From an uncultured bacterium (GTDB taxonomy: Bacteria; Patescibacteriota; Minisyncoccia; Phycocordibacterales; GWA1-40-21), in NCBI GenBank assembly GCA_963716205.1, contig OY970290.1, positions 239,417 through 303,416 on the forward strand: a DNA stretch of 64,000 nt. Reading direction: 5' to 3'. Position 1 is the first letter of the stretch. Each line of letters begins with the position of its first letter. Positions 27,892 through 38,075 of the stretch are shown here, one piece after another. The position numbers and the translations under genes are program-made. Under the pieces are notes generated by a model. The model had not been told where the DNA came from. It was given only the letters and a program-made list of their open reading frames with translations, and searched no databases.

Positions 27892-29130
27892 ATGAAATTA
27901 AGGCATAGCATACAAACAGCAATTATCGGACTGACGACGCACAAGTCGCGCTCGGCATTGACGGTTCTTGGCGTTGTCATCGGCATTACATCAATTATTC
28001 TTGTCATGTCGCTCGGACAAGGCGCGCAGAATTTAATTCTTAGCCAGGTTAACGGGCTTGGCGCGACAACAATCGCTGTTATTCCGGGGAAAATTTCAGA
28101 TGGTCCCTCAAGCGCAGCACAAACGCTTTCCGATTCGCTCAAAGATTCGGATCTGACTGCCCTTGAAACAAAAGCAAATGTACCGTACGCAAAAGAGGTC
28201 ATGCCGATGGTTTTAGGAGGAGGAAATGCTATCTATGGAAATCAAGTGTATCAGATCAGCTTGTACGGCGGCGGAACACTCATGGCAGATATGTTTAATA
28301 TTACGGTTGGAGAAGGAGATTTTTTTACTGATGACGATGTGCTTTCAAAATCGCAGGTCGCGGTCATTGGCTATAAAGTAAAAGACCAGCTTTTTGGCGG
28401 CGATGAAGCAGTCGGACAGAAAATCAGAATTGGCAACAACACGTTCAAAGTCATCGGCGTTCTGCCGCAAAAAGGTCAATCCGGTCTAATTAATTTTGAT
28501 GACGCAGTCATCATGCCATATACGACCGCTCAAACGTATGTTCTCGGCATCAATTATTTCAACAGGATTATTGTTGAAGCGGATACCCAAGATCATATCG
28601 ATGCTACCGCAGCGGATATTACCGATACGTTGAGAAATGATCACAATATCACAGATCCAACACAGGATGATTTTTCCGTAGAAACATCGGCTGATATTGC
28701 ATCAACACTTGGCACAGTGACAAGCGCTCTGACGGCGTTTCTCGCGGCGGTAGCGGCGATATCCCTTGTTGTCGGAGGAATCGGCATTATGAATATCATG
28801 CTTGTATCGGTGACGGAGCGGACACGCGAAATCGGCCTGCGAAAAGCGCTTGGCGCCTGCGATCACGATATTCTGATCCAATTCTTACTTGAAGCGGTTA
28901 TGCTGACGGCGACCGGCGGAATCATCGGCATCTTGCTCGGAGGATTTCTTTCCTATGTCATATCCATTATTCTTACAGATGTGCTTGCTTTGAGCTGGAC
29001 ATTTATTTTCCCGTGGAATGCGGCAATACTCGGCATTATCGTTGCAAGTTTGGTCGGTCTGGTATTTGGTATTTATCCGGCACGCCAGGCATCGAAGAAA
29101 AGTCCGATGGAAGCATTGAGATATGAGTAA
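27892..29130 (+). CDS. ABC transporter permease (MacB/FtsX-type, four TM helices plus a large periplasmic domain)
   Basis: 412 aa with FtsX-like C-terminal TM helices. It is in an operon with the ATPase. Confidence 0.85.
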   Translation: MKLRHSIQTAIIGLTTHKSRSALTVLGVVIGITSIILVMSLGQGAQNLILSQVNGLGATTIAVIPGKISDGPSSAAQTLSDSLKDSDLTALETKANVPYAKEVMPMVLGGGNAIYGNQVYQISLYGGGTLMADMFNITVGEGDFFTDDDVLSKSQVAVIGYKVKDQLFGGDEAVGQKIRIGNNTFKVIGVLPQKGQSGLINFDDAVIMPYTTAQTYVLGINYFNRIIVEADTQDHIDATAADITDTLRNDHNITDPTQDDFSVETSADIASTLGTVTSALTAFLAAVAAISLVVGGIGIMNIMLVSVTERTREIGLRKALGACDHDILIQFLLEAVMLTATGGIIGILLGGFLSYVISIILTDVLALSWTFIFPWNAAILGIIVASLVGLVFGIYPARQASKKSPMEALRYE

Positions 29131-29171
29131 AATATGATACAATTTTTTTGTTATCAATTTAAATAAAATAT

Positions 29172-29402
29172 ATGGGATTTTTTAAAAACTTAGTGATGAA
29201 ACAGGCAATGAAATCGCAAATGAAAGGTCTACCGAAAGACCAGCAGGAAAAAGTGCTTGCGGCCATAGACAAAGATCCGGAATTTTTCGAAAATATAGCT
29301 AAGCAAATTAAGCAAAAAGAAAAGGAGGGGAAAGGCAAAATGGAAGCATCGATGCTCGTCATGCGGGAGAATCAAGACAAGTTGAGAAAGCTGATGATGT
29401 AA
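29172..29402 (+). CDS. hypothetical small K/E-rich protein
   Basis: 76-aa ORF followed by a strong bidirectional terminator. Confidence 0.35.
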   Translation: MGFFKNLVMKQAMKSQMKGLPKDQQEKVLAAIDKDPEFFENIAKQIKQKEKEGKGKMEASMLVMRENQDKLRKLMM

Positions 29403-29419
29403 AGAAAGAGAAAAAAGAA

Positions 29420-29452
29420 AAGCCCGGCGTGCAAGCGCGCCGGGCTTTTATT
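29420..29452. terminator. bidirectional rho-independent terminator
   Basis: Stem gcccggcg/cgccgggc flanked by A-run and T-run, between convergent genes. Confidence 0.8.
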
Positions 29453-29515
29453 GCAATAAAAAAAGCCGTTCCCCTCATAAAGGAACGGCCTTCGAATCTC
29501 GACGAAAGAATTTGG

Positions 29516-30583
29516 TTAGAAAGAAAAAGGAATACTGAGACTGCACTGCACATCACCAACGCTGTCATATTCCTCTGGACCAACACCAGGCAGCAATACC
29601 GGCGATTGATTCATCCTGAGTTCGGCGAGAACGGAACATCTAACATCCGTTCCGAATTCAACCCCAGCAGCGAGAACAGGTGTTACGCTGTTATCATTGC
29701 CAATCGGGAATTTTACACCACCCTGACTCGGATTTCCTGAATACCTCACATTTCCAGCGCCTAGACCAAAAACTAAAGACGCAGAATCTGTGAGTCGTTG
29801 GTAATTCTTTACCATCAAAGTGATCGGATGGTATACCGTAAACCCGTTATAACTTGAACCATAATCGTTCATGCCAACGGGATGACCGGTCGTATCTATC
29901 GACAAGCTCAAAGCATAATCTTGACATCTGATTTGAGCGAGAAGATTGAATTCCAACAATGTTGATGTACTCGGAAATTCCATTCCCGGTTGTAAAACTC
30001 CTGATCCGGAAAATTCAAACGGCATAAAACCCAACCCAAGTTGTCCCTCCCAGCCGCTTTTTTTCTTGACGACAATCGGCGTCGGAGTTCCAGTAACGAC
30101 TTTCGTTGGTGCGGAACTCGTGACAACTACTGTGGTTATTGGCGTCGATGATACAACCGGAGTCGGTGTCGCTAACACAGTCAGCTGTGCATTAAGCAAA
30201 GCTCGCGTTTTTGGCCCGACAAATCCGGAAGCAGTGAGTCCATGATCTTGTTGATAGTGCACCACGGCCTCTTTTGTCATATTCCCGAAATATCCGGTCG
30301 GCGTGACCTTCAATATCATTTGCAAGTTGACAACTTTGTCACCTGTGTTTTTGAAACCGAAATTCGAAGTGAATTGATATACCGGTTTCAATGCAGGTGA
30401 GACTGATGTCGGAACAGCGATTGGTACAGCGGTCGGAGTGTTTGATACCCCGTTCCGATGTATGTCCAGACTGACCGTAACACCATCCGCTCGCACTTGC
30501 GCACTGACCGCAAAAAGCAGCAGTGAAACAATTAATAGCAACATAAACTTTTTCATTTCTTCCTCCTTGTTAATGTGCAACAA
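29516..30583 (-). CDS. secreted protein with a peptidoglycan-binding-like segment and a Thr/Pro-rich linker
   Basis: Signal peptide MKKFMLLLIVSLLLFAVSAQVRA. AVVHYQQDHGLTASGFVGPKTRALL resembles a PG-binding repeat. The C-terminus ends ..SIPFSF. Confidence 0.5.
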   Translation of the reverse strand: MLHINKEEEMKKFMLLLIVSLLLFAVSAQVRADGVTVSLDIHRNGVSNTPTAVPIAVPTSVSPALKPVYQFTSNFGFKNTGDKVVNLQMILKVTPTGYFGNMTKEAVVHYQQDHGLTASGFVGPKTRALLNAQLTVLATPTPVVSSTPITTVVVTSSAPTKVVTGTPTPIVVKKKSGWEGQLGLGFMPFEFSGSGVLQPGMEFPSTSTLLEFNLLAQIRCQDYALSLSIDTTGHPVGMNDYGSSYNGFTVYHPITLMVKNYQRLTDSASLVFGLGAGNVRYSGNPSQGGVKFPIGNDNSVTPVLAAGVEFGTDVRCSVLAELRMNQSPVLLPGVGPEEYDSVGDVQCSLSIPFSF

Positions 30584-31073
30584 ACTAAATCAAAAATCCC
30601 TTCATCTTCATGGGGGATTCAAAATCAACTGACACTATCATATATTACATTATGTAAAGTGTCAAGTTATTTTTTGATAAATTTTTTAAGACTTTCCAAT
30701 AAAGGACATAAAAATTATAAAGGACATTTATGATAAATTGTAAAATGTCCTTTATAAATAAGCTTTATTTCGAATTCGATATTTTTTGATATATTTTTCA
30801 GAGAATGATACTTGGAGTAGTGTATTCACTTGACAAGATAATTCTTTGTGATACGATGTTGTTGTATAAAGCTCTTTATGAAGATTTTTTACATAGATTT
30901 TGTAAAAAAGTTCTTTATTCAACTCAATGTTTGCGTTTCTTTGTTTGAAACTCATATTGTTAGTTTCAGTTCAGTTTTTTGATCAAGTTTTATTTTAAAG
31001 TCATTTAAAAATTCAATTTAATTTAGCAATTACAACCACCATCGTGCGTTTGTTTTTAACCACCAAAATTATT

Positions 31074-31928
31074 ATGTTTACAAATTATCAAAAAATAAGC
31101 AGAGCCATAGGCAATTTTACAATAGTTGTCCTTTTAGCTGTTGCATCACTCAGTTTTGCTTCAGTAGCCCATGCGGACTACTTTGCAACAACAACATTGA
31201 CCTCAACAAGTTCAATGAATTTCTTTACAGTTCCTGCTGGAGTTACCAGTATTAATGCGACTCTTACTGCAGGCGGTGGCGGTGGCGGTGGCGGAGCATA
31301 CTCGTTTGGAGGTGGCGGTGGCGGAGCAGGAGGAGTATATTCTGTAGAAGCGATTCCAGTTATTCCTGGACAAATAATCGCATATACAGTTGGAGCAGGT
31401 GGTGTTGGTGGCACTAGTGGCTTTATAAATGTTGCAGGTGGAAATGGTGCTGATGGAGGAAATACCGTTTTGACTCTTGGAGCATCAGGTATTATGGAAA
31501 TTGGTGGAAAAGGAGGAATGGGAGCTATCTACGGAAATTCAAATAGTGGAAAAGGTGGACTCGCAGGCGGTCTTGGTGGAACAAATGGTACTAACGGTGA
31601 TGACCAGATAAATACTCAAAGAAATTACGGAGGCACTGGTGGTTCAACACCAAACGGTCTTGCCGGAATCGGAGGATATGGTGATGCTAATACATACAGA
31701 CTTCCAACAACTGGAACAAATGGTGCTGGAGGCGGAGCAGGAAGCGGATGGGCTTCTGGTGATGGCGTCTATCGTGATGCTGGTGCAAATGGCGGAGATG
31801 GTTCAATAGTACTTAGTTATTTTGCCGATCTTACTGCCTCCTGTTATTACCATTACTGGTTCAAGCACTCTTACACTTCAAGCAAGTTCAACTGGTGTTT
31901 ATGTAGATGCCGGAGCAACTGCACTTGA
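31074..31928 (+). CDS. glycine-rich N-terminal segment (signal peptide plus GGxGG repeats), probably the N-terminal part of the giant surface protein separated by a frameshift near 31820
   Basis: Signal peptide MFTNYQKISRAIGNFTIVVLLAVASLSFASVAHA then a Gly-rich domain. The frame ends in nonsense (..CYYHYWFKHS..) while the +1 frame continues as the adhesin. Confidence 0.5.
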   Translation: MFTNYQKISRAIGNFTIVVLLAVASLSFASVAHADYFATTTLTSTSSMNFFTVPAGVTSINATLTAGGGGGGGGAYSFGGGGGGAGGVYSVEAIPVIPGQIIAYTVGAGGVGGTSGFINVAGGNGADGGNTVLTLGASGIMEIGGKGGMGAIYGNSNSGKGGLAGGLGGTNGTNGDDQINTQRNYGGTGGSTPNGLAGIGGYGDANTYRLPTTGTNGAGGGAGSGWASGDGVYRDAGANGGDGSIVLSYFADLTASCYYHYWFKHSYTSSKFNWCLCRCRSNCT

Positions 31929-34900
31929 TAATGTTGATGGAGTGGTGCCGGTAACAACAACTTTTAATAATGTAAATCTTGCGGCAACAGGAACCTATTC
32001 TGTTGTCTATTCTGCTACCGATGCGGCTGGAAATACAGCTACAACTTCACGAACGGTGATTGTCATTGATACGACAGCGCCAGTTATAACTTTTGTTCCG
32101 GGCACGCAAGTTTTTGAAGCGACAGGCGCAACAACAACTCCAATATTAGCACCAATTATAGCTACGGATGCCTTTGGTCCAAGCCCGGTTATTACCTATT
32201 CACCCATTAGTTTTGGTCTCGGAACCACAACAGTCACTTGGACAGCAACTGATCCAAATACTGGAAATACTGTTATCGCCACATCCAGCGTTGTTATAAA
32301 GGACACAACTGCACCAGTAATTGTCCTTAACGGAACAAATCCGATGAATGTCCTTTATGGGTCTGTATTTATAGACCCAGGAGCGACAGCTTATGACCTT
32401 GTAGATGGAACAACTACAGTTACAACGACTTTTGATAATGTAAATACTGCAGCAACAGGAACATATTCTGTTGTTTATTCTGCTGTCGATTTGTCAGGAA
32501 ATGCAACAAGTTCAACACGAATTGTGAATGTTCTTGCAACTGCACCAGTTCTTACAACACTTTCTATTTCACCATTAAATTTAACAACAACAGTCGGCAC
32601 CACAACACAGTTTGTGGCTACAGCACTTGATCAATACGGAAATCCAATTGCAGCTTCCGTTTTCTGGGGACCATCAAATCCTTCTGTTGGAACAATCGGT
32701 TTCAATACAGGCTTGTTTAATGCAGTTTCAGTTGGAACAACGACAATCACGGCAATCAGCGGAGCATTTAATGCTACTACAACAGTCACCGTTGTTCCCC
32801 TTGTTGCCACGTCTTCACCTTCAGCGGTGACAATTACCAATTCAACATTAGGCGGAACATTTTTTGCTTCTTATATTCCAACACTTGCTGAAACTACAGT
32901 TGCACCAATTGGAACGACAACTGGCACTACGACAATTACAAATTCTACATTGTCTGGATCATGGAACGTAAATAATTCAACACTTACAACAACTACGCTC
33001 GGCACTTCAACATTGGATAATGTAATTTCTACAAATTCTGTCATTACAAATTCCAATGCTACAAATTGTACAATTCTTAATTCATCTATCGATGGTTATT
33101 TACTTTCAAATTGCTATGTTGCGAACTCAACCTTTGATCCTGGAGCAATTGTAAATTCAACCACGACAAGCGTATCAGGATCAGATGCATTTATATACGA
33201 TTCAACAGTTAGTAATTCAACCGTTTCAACATCAACTATCCATGGATCAACTATAGCTGATTCAATAGTTACGTTTAGCTCCGTTGCCACATCTACGATT
33301 ACGAATAATTCAAATGTTGCAAGTTCAACAATAATTTTGTCAAATATTGATAATTCGCAAGTTACGAATTCAACGATTACCAATAGCACGATAATTCTTG
33401 GTTCAGTGATTTCATCTTCAACATTGACCAATGTCACTGCTGCAAGTTCAACAATCACGAATACAACTTTGTCTGATGCGACAACTACAAATGCAGTCAT
33501 TGATAGCGGTACTATATATAGTGGAACAATTACGATTGGCGGAAATACATTTACTGTTACTGAACCAACCTTGCTTTCAGATTTGATTGAACCGACAATA
33601 ACTTCTGTTACGCCAAATTCTGGCTCAATTAATGGAGGAACAAATATTATTATTGATGGAACTAACTTTGCATCAAGTACAGCAACCGTTGGCGGAGTTT
33701 TGGCAACAAATATTATTGTTGCAAGCAGCACAGAAATTACAGCAACAACTCCAGCTGGAGCAGCGGGTGCAGCTGATGTCGTTGTTACAAACACTAATGA
33801 TGGAGGCATTGCCACTTCAACTGGAGGATTTATGTATACATCAGGCGGAGGATCGGGAAGTTCAACCAGTTCCGATGACACCTTGAGCAACTTGACGGTC
33901 TCAGCCGGAACGCTCGCACCAGCTTTTGCCGCAGGAACACTTTCATATACTGACACATTGCCAGCAGGAACCGTTATCATTCCGACAGTCACGGCGACGA
34001 CAAATGATGCAAACGCAACCGACACAATTACTCAAGCATCCGCTTTGCCGGGATCAGCAACCATTGCAGTCACGGCACAAGATGGAACGACCACACAAAC
34101 ATATACCGTTGCTTTCACGGTATCAGGCGGAGGATCGGGAAGTTCAACCAGTTCCGATGACACCTTGAGCAACTTGACGGTCTCAGCCGGAACGCTCGCA
34201 CCAGCTTTTGCCGCAGGAACACTTTCATATACTGACACATTGCCAGCAGGAACCGTTATCATTCCGACAGTCACGGCGACGACAAATGATGCAAACGCAA
34301 CCGACACAATTACTCAAGCATCCGCTTTGCCGGGATCAGCAACCATTGCAGTCACGGCACAAGATGGAACGACCACACAAACATATACCGTTGCTTTCAC
34401 GGTATCAGGCGGAGGATCGGGAAGTTCAACCAGTTCCGATGACACCTTGAGCAACTTGACGGTCTCAGCCGGAACGCTCGCACCAGCTTTTGCCGCAGGA
34501 ACACTTTCATATACTGACACATTGCCAGCAGGAACCGTTATCATTCCGACAGTCACGGCGACGACAAATGATGCAAACGCAACCGACACAATTACTCAAG
34601 CATCCGCTTTGCCGGGATCAGCAACCATTGCAGTCACGGCACAAGATGGAACGACCACACAAACATATACCGTTGCTTTCACGGTATCAGGCGGAGGATC
34701 GGGAAGTTCAACCAGTTCCGATGACACCTTGAGCAACTTGACGGTCTCAGCCGGAACGCTCGCACCAGCTTTTGCCGCAGGAACACTTTCATATACTGAC
34801 ACATTGCCAGCAGGAACCGTTATCATTCCGACAGTCACGGCGACGACAAATGATGCAAACGCAACCGACACAATTACTCAAGCATCCGCTTTGCCGGGAT

Positions 34901-36819
34901 CAGCAACCATTGCAGTCACGGCACAAGATGGAACGACCACACAAACATATACCGTTGCTTTCACGGTATCAGGCGGAGGATCGGGAAGTTCAACCAGTTC
35001 CGATGACACCTTGAGCAACTTGACGGTCTCAGCCGGAACGCTCGCACCAGCTTTTGCCGCAGGAACACTTTCATATACTGACACATTGCCAGCAGGAACC
35101 GTTATCATTCCGACAGTCACGGCGACGACAAATGATGCAAACGCAACCGACACAATTACTCAAGCATCCGCTTTGCCGGGATCAGCAACCATTGCAGTCA
35201 CGGCACAAGATGGAACGACCACACAAACATATACCGTTGCTTTCACGGTATCAGGCGGAGGATCGGGAAGTTCAACCAGTTCCGATGACACCTTGAGCAA
35301 CTTGACGGTCTCAGCCGGAACGCTCGCACCAGCTTTTGCCGCAGGAACACTTTCATATACTGACACATTGCCAGCAGGAACCGTTATCATTCCGACAGTC
35401 ACGGCGACGACAAATGATGCAAACGCAACCGACACAATTACTCAAGCATCCGCTTTGCCGGGATCAGCAACCATTGCAGTCACGGCACAAGATGGAACGA
35501 CCACACAAACATATACCGTTGCTTTCACGGTATCAGGCGGAGGATCGGGAAGTTCAACCAGTTCCGATGACACCTTGAGCAACTTGACGGTCTCAGCCGG
35601 AACGCTCGCACCAGCTTTTGCCGCAGGAACACTTTCATATACTGACACATTGCCAGCAGGAACCGTTATCATTCCGACAGTCACGGCGACGACAAATGAT
35701 GCAAACGCAACCGACACAATTACTCAAGCATCCGCTTTGCCGGGATCAGCAACCATTGCAGTCACGGCACAAGATGGAACGACCACACAAACATATACCG
35801 TTGCTTTCACGGTATCAGGCGGAGGATCGGGAAGTTCAACTCCGGTCACGTCGATTAATATTGTTCCGGCAAATCCGACAATCGCACCAGGAGCCACTCA
35901 AACATTTACTTTGACTGATCAGAATAATAATCCGCTTTCAACGACAACCGCATGGTCAAGTTCAGATGCAACAATCGGCACAATTGATCCGGCGAGCGGA
36001 TTGTTCAATGCAATTGCAGTCGGACAAACAACAATTACTGCTACAGTTGATGCATTAACTGCAACAACGGTAGTGACAGTTTCTACAAGCACACCGGTAA
36101 CTCCGCCAGCTCCAGTAAGTTCGGGAGGGGGAGGCGCAACGCAGCATACTCCACCAACAATTGTAATTCTTGGCGATAATCCAGTTTCAATTGTTGCCGA
36201 TTCAGCATACACGGATGCTGGAGCAAAAGCATACGATGCCAATGACAATACAATCACTCAAAATATTATTGTCTCAAACAACGTCAACACTGCGGTCGCA
36301 GGATCATATACAGTAAAATATACTGTTACAGATAGTCATGACAATACAACAACGGCAACACGAACGGTGAATGTTACGCCAGCACCAGCAGCAGTTGCAA
36401 CGACAAGCACAGCTACAACCGGAGGAACAAATGTTACCGCTTCAACTTCTTCAACATCAGTTTCAACAAATACAGCAACAGTTCCTGCTACGACAACTAT
36501 AACCTTGACACAAACACCGGTGGTAACAACCGGAGGAAATGGAGTTACTTCAAACAATACTGGTACCAATAGTATTCCGTTTGTTGATCTTGGAAATACA
36601 CTTCCGGTGAAAACAGTTGCGACAACTTCCGTTTCAACGACGACAAGCCCTGCAACATCAAGCGTTGCCGAAACGGTTTCAACTACAACTGCGACAAATC
36701 TCTTGGCGACAGTAGCTCTCGCATTCTCAAGTATTTCGAAAAATTTGATTGCGATTATCCTTTCTATCATCGTTCTCATATTTGCAGTGTTTGCGGTCTA
36801 TAAAGTTCAGAGAGATTAA
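31822..36819 (+). CDS. giant cell-surface adhesin-like protein
   Basis: Domains visible in the translation: DUF5011 Ig-like domains (PVITF..GATA.D.VDG..TYSVVYSA.D..GN), Big_2 (ISPLNLTTTVGTTTQFVATALD), an N-S-T-rich repeat region, IPT/TIG (PTITSVTPNSGSINGGTNIIIDGTNF), seven identical 94-aa cadherin-like beta-sandwich repeats (LSNLTVSAGTLAPAFAAGTLSYT...), Big_2, DUF5011, and a Thr-rich stalk. It ends in a C-terminal TM anchor IAIILSIIVLIFAVFAVYKVQRD. Confidence 0.8.
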   Translation: MPILLPPVITITGSSTLTLQASSTGVYVDAGATALDNVDGVVPVTTTFNNVNLAATGTYSVVYSATDAAGNTATTSRTVIVIDTTAPVITFVPGTQVFEATGATTTPILAPIIATDAFGPSPVITYSPISFGLGTTTVTWTATDPNTGNTVIATSSVVIKDTTAPVIVLNGTNPMNVLYGSVFIDPGATAYDLVDGTTTVTTTFDNVNTAATGTYSVVYSAVDLSGNATSSTRIVNVLATAPVLTTLSISPLNLTTTVGTTTQFVATALDQYGNPIAASVFWGPSNPSVGTIGFNTGLFNAVSVGTTTITAISGAFNATTTVTVVPLVATSSPSAVTITNSTLGGTFFASYIPTLAETTVAPIGTTTGTTTITNSTLSGSWNVNNSTLTTTTLGTSTLDNVISTNSVITNSNATNCTILNSSIDGYLLSNCYVANSTFDPGAIVNSTTTSVSGSDAFIYDSTVSNSTVSTSTIHGSTIADSIVTFSSVATSTITNNSNVASSTIILSNIDNSQVTNSTITNSTIILGSVISSSTLTNVTAASSTITNTTLSDATTTNAVIDSGTIYSGTITIGGNTFTVTEPTLLSDLIEPTITSVTPNSGSINGGTNIIIDGTNFASSTATVGGVLATNIIVASSTEITATTPAGAAGAADVVVTNTNDGGIATSTGGFMYTSGGGSGSSTSSDDTLSNLTVSAGTLAPAFAAGTLSYTDTLPAGTVIIPTVTATTNDANATDTITQASALPGSATIAVTAQDGTTTQTYTVAFTVSGGGSGSSTSSDDTLSNLTVSAGTLAPAFAAGTLSYTDTLPAGTVIIPTVTATTNDANATDTITQASALPGSATIAVTAQDGTTTQTYTVAFTVSGGGSGSSTSSDDTLSNLTVSAGTLAPAFAAGTLSYTDTLPAGTVIIPTVTATTNDANATDTITQASALPGSATIAVTAQDGTTTQTYTVAFTVSGGGSGSSTSSDDTLSNLTVSAGTLAPAFAAGTLSYTDTLPAGTVIIPTVTATTNDANATDTITQASALPGSATIAVTAQDGTTTQTYTVAFTVSGGGSGSSTSSDDTLSNLTVSAGTLAPAFAAGTLSYTDTLPAGTVIIPTVTATTNDANATDTITQASALPGSATIAVTAQDGTTTQTYTVAFTVSGGGSGSSTSSDDTLSNLTVSAGTLAPAFAAGTLSYTDTLPAGTVIIPTVTATTNDANATDTITQASALPGSATIAVTAQDGTTTQTYTVAFTVSGGGSGSSTSSDDTLSNLTVSAGTLAPAFAAGTLSYTDTLPAGTVIIPTVTATTNDANATDTITQASALPGSATIAVTAQDGTTTQTYTVAFTVSGGGSGSSTPVTSINIVPANPTIAPGATQTFTLTDQNNNPLSTTTAWSSSDATIGTIDPASGLFNAIAVGQTTITATVDALTATTVVTVSTSTPVTPPAPVSSGGGGATQHTPPTIVILGDNPVSIVADSAYTDAGAKAYDANDNTITQNIIVSNNVNTAVAGSYTVKYTVTDSHDNTTTATRTVNVTPAPAAVATTSTATTGGTNVTASTSSTSVSTNTATVPATTTITLTQTPVVTTGGNGVTSNNTGTNSIPFVDLGNTLPVKTVATTSVSTTTSPATSSVAETVSTTTATNLLATVALAFSSISKNLIAIILSIIVLIFAVFAVYKVQRD
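33841..35839 (+). repeat. seven perfect tandem copies of a 282-bp unit (plus 25 nt of an eighth) inside the adhesin gene
   Basis: Unit starts at 33841, 34123, 34405, 34687, 34969, 35251, and 35533. The eighth begins at 35815 and diverges after gaagttcaac. The copies appear 100% identical. Confidence 0.95.
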
Positions 36820-36835
36820 TTCTCAAATAAAAAGG

Positions 36836-36866
36836 CGGCGCGCGCAAAGCGGGCCGCTTTTTTATT
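36836..36866 (+). terminator. GC-rich hairpin plus T-run terminator
   Basis: ggcggcgcgcgcaaagcgggccgc followed by ttttttatttg. Confidence 0.6.
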
Positions 36867-36903
36867 TGTATTTTATGAATTTTCTGATAAAGTAGTTTTT
36901 ACC

Positions 36904-38001
36904 ATGAATCTATCCATCGGCATCGTCGGTCTTCCAAATGTCGGCAAATCAACCCTTTTCAACGCGCTTACGAGAAAAAGCGTGCTCGTTGCCAATTATC
37001 CGTTCGCCACTATTGATCCATCGGTCGGCGTTGTTGCCGTGCCGGACGAAAGACTTTGGAAACTTTCAGAATTTTCAAAATCCGCAAAGACATTGCCGGC
37101 AGCAATCGAGTTTGTAGACATCGCGGGATTGGTCAAGGGCGCATCGGCAGGCGAGGGTTTGGGCAATAAATTCTTGACGAATATTCGCGAGACAGATGCC
37201 ATTGCTGAAGTTGTCAGAATTTTTGAAGACGACAATATTATTCACGTGGCAAATAAAGTTGAACCGCTTTCCGACATTGAAACGATTAATCTCGAACTTG
37301 TTCTTGCAGATCTCGCGACAGTGACAAAACGAATCCAGAATCTTGTCAGTGAAATAAAACGGGGAAGCAAGACTGCTGTTGTGGAAAATGCCGGATTGGA
37401 AAAAATTAAACTTGTGCTTGAAAATGGAAAATTTGCGCAGGCCGTGACGCTTGATGAAAAAGAAATGATAGAAGTGAAAAAACTTTGTCTTCTGACGATG
37501 AAGCCGATACTTTATATATTGAATAAAAAAGCTGGCGGGAAAAATCTGGATGAATTGAATGACGAACGATACAAAAAACTTTTACAATTTTTCAAAGAAA
37601 ATAATGCAAAATATGTTATCGTGGATGCAGGTATTGAACAAGAGCTCAAGGATTTGGAAGGGAACGACAAAGTTGAAATGCGCGAAGGTCTCGGCGTCAA
37701 AGACGACGGCATCAACGATTTGATTAAAGCCGGCTATGACCTGCTTGGGCTCATTACCTATTTCACGACTGGCGAAGATGAAACCCGCGCGTGGACGATA
37801 CAAAAAGGTTGGACTGCGCCGGAAGCTGGCACTGCGATCCACGGAGATTTTAAGGAGAAATTTGTGCGAGCAGAAGTCATTGAATGGGATAAACTTCTCG
37901 CATCAGAATCCTACGCCAAAGCCCGCGAAAAAGGATTATTGAGAACGGAAGGAAAAGAATATGTGGTCAAAGATGGCGATGTCATCGAGTTTAAAATCTA
38001 G
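36904..38001 (+). CDS. ychF: ribosome-binding ATPase YchF (Obg-family GTPase)
   Basis: N-terminal SIGIVGLPNVGKSTLFNALT. 365 aa with a C-terminal TGS-like domain. Confidence 0.9.
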   Translation: MNLSIGIVGLPNVGKSTLFNALTRKSVLVANYPFATIDPSVGVVAVPDERLWKLSEFSKSAKTLPAAIEFVDIAGLVKGASAGEGLGNKFLTNIRETDAIAEVVRIFEDDNIIHVANKVEPLSDIETINLELVLADLATVTKRIQNLVSEIKRGSKTAVVENAGLEKIKLVLENGKFAQAVTLDEKEMIEVKKLCLLTMKPILYILNKKAGGKNLDELNDERYKKLLQFFKENNAKYVIVDAGIEQELKDLEGNDKVEMREGLGVKDDGINDLIKAGYDLLGLITYFTTGEDETRAWTIQKGWTAPEAGTAIHGDFKEKFVRAEVIEWDKLLASESYAKAREKGLLRTEGKEYVVKDGDVIEFKI

Positions 38002-38075
38002 CATTGACACAACACTAATTTTCATATAAGGTTCTGAACGAAGGTTTCAAAAACTGCAGCTATAAAGGAGCGGTC

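Noticed and set aside
31178-31414. A Pro-rich 78-aa ORF on the minus strand.
   Set aside because: It is antisense to the GGN-rich (glycine) coding segment. A CCN-codon mirror artefact.
33114-35717. A series of identical 91-aa and 80-aa ORFs on the minus strand and in alternative + frames (for example 34032..34307, 34208..34450, and so on).
   Set aside because: They recur at exactly the 282-bp period of the adhesin's tandem repeat, so they are antisense or off-frame artefacts of a repeated coding unit, not genes.
33841-35839. Could the regular repeat array be a CRISPR locus?
   Set aside because: The units are 282 bp, contiguous, with no unique spacers. They lie in-frame inside a long ORF encoding a repeated protein domain.
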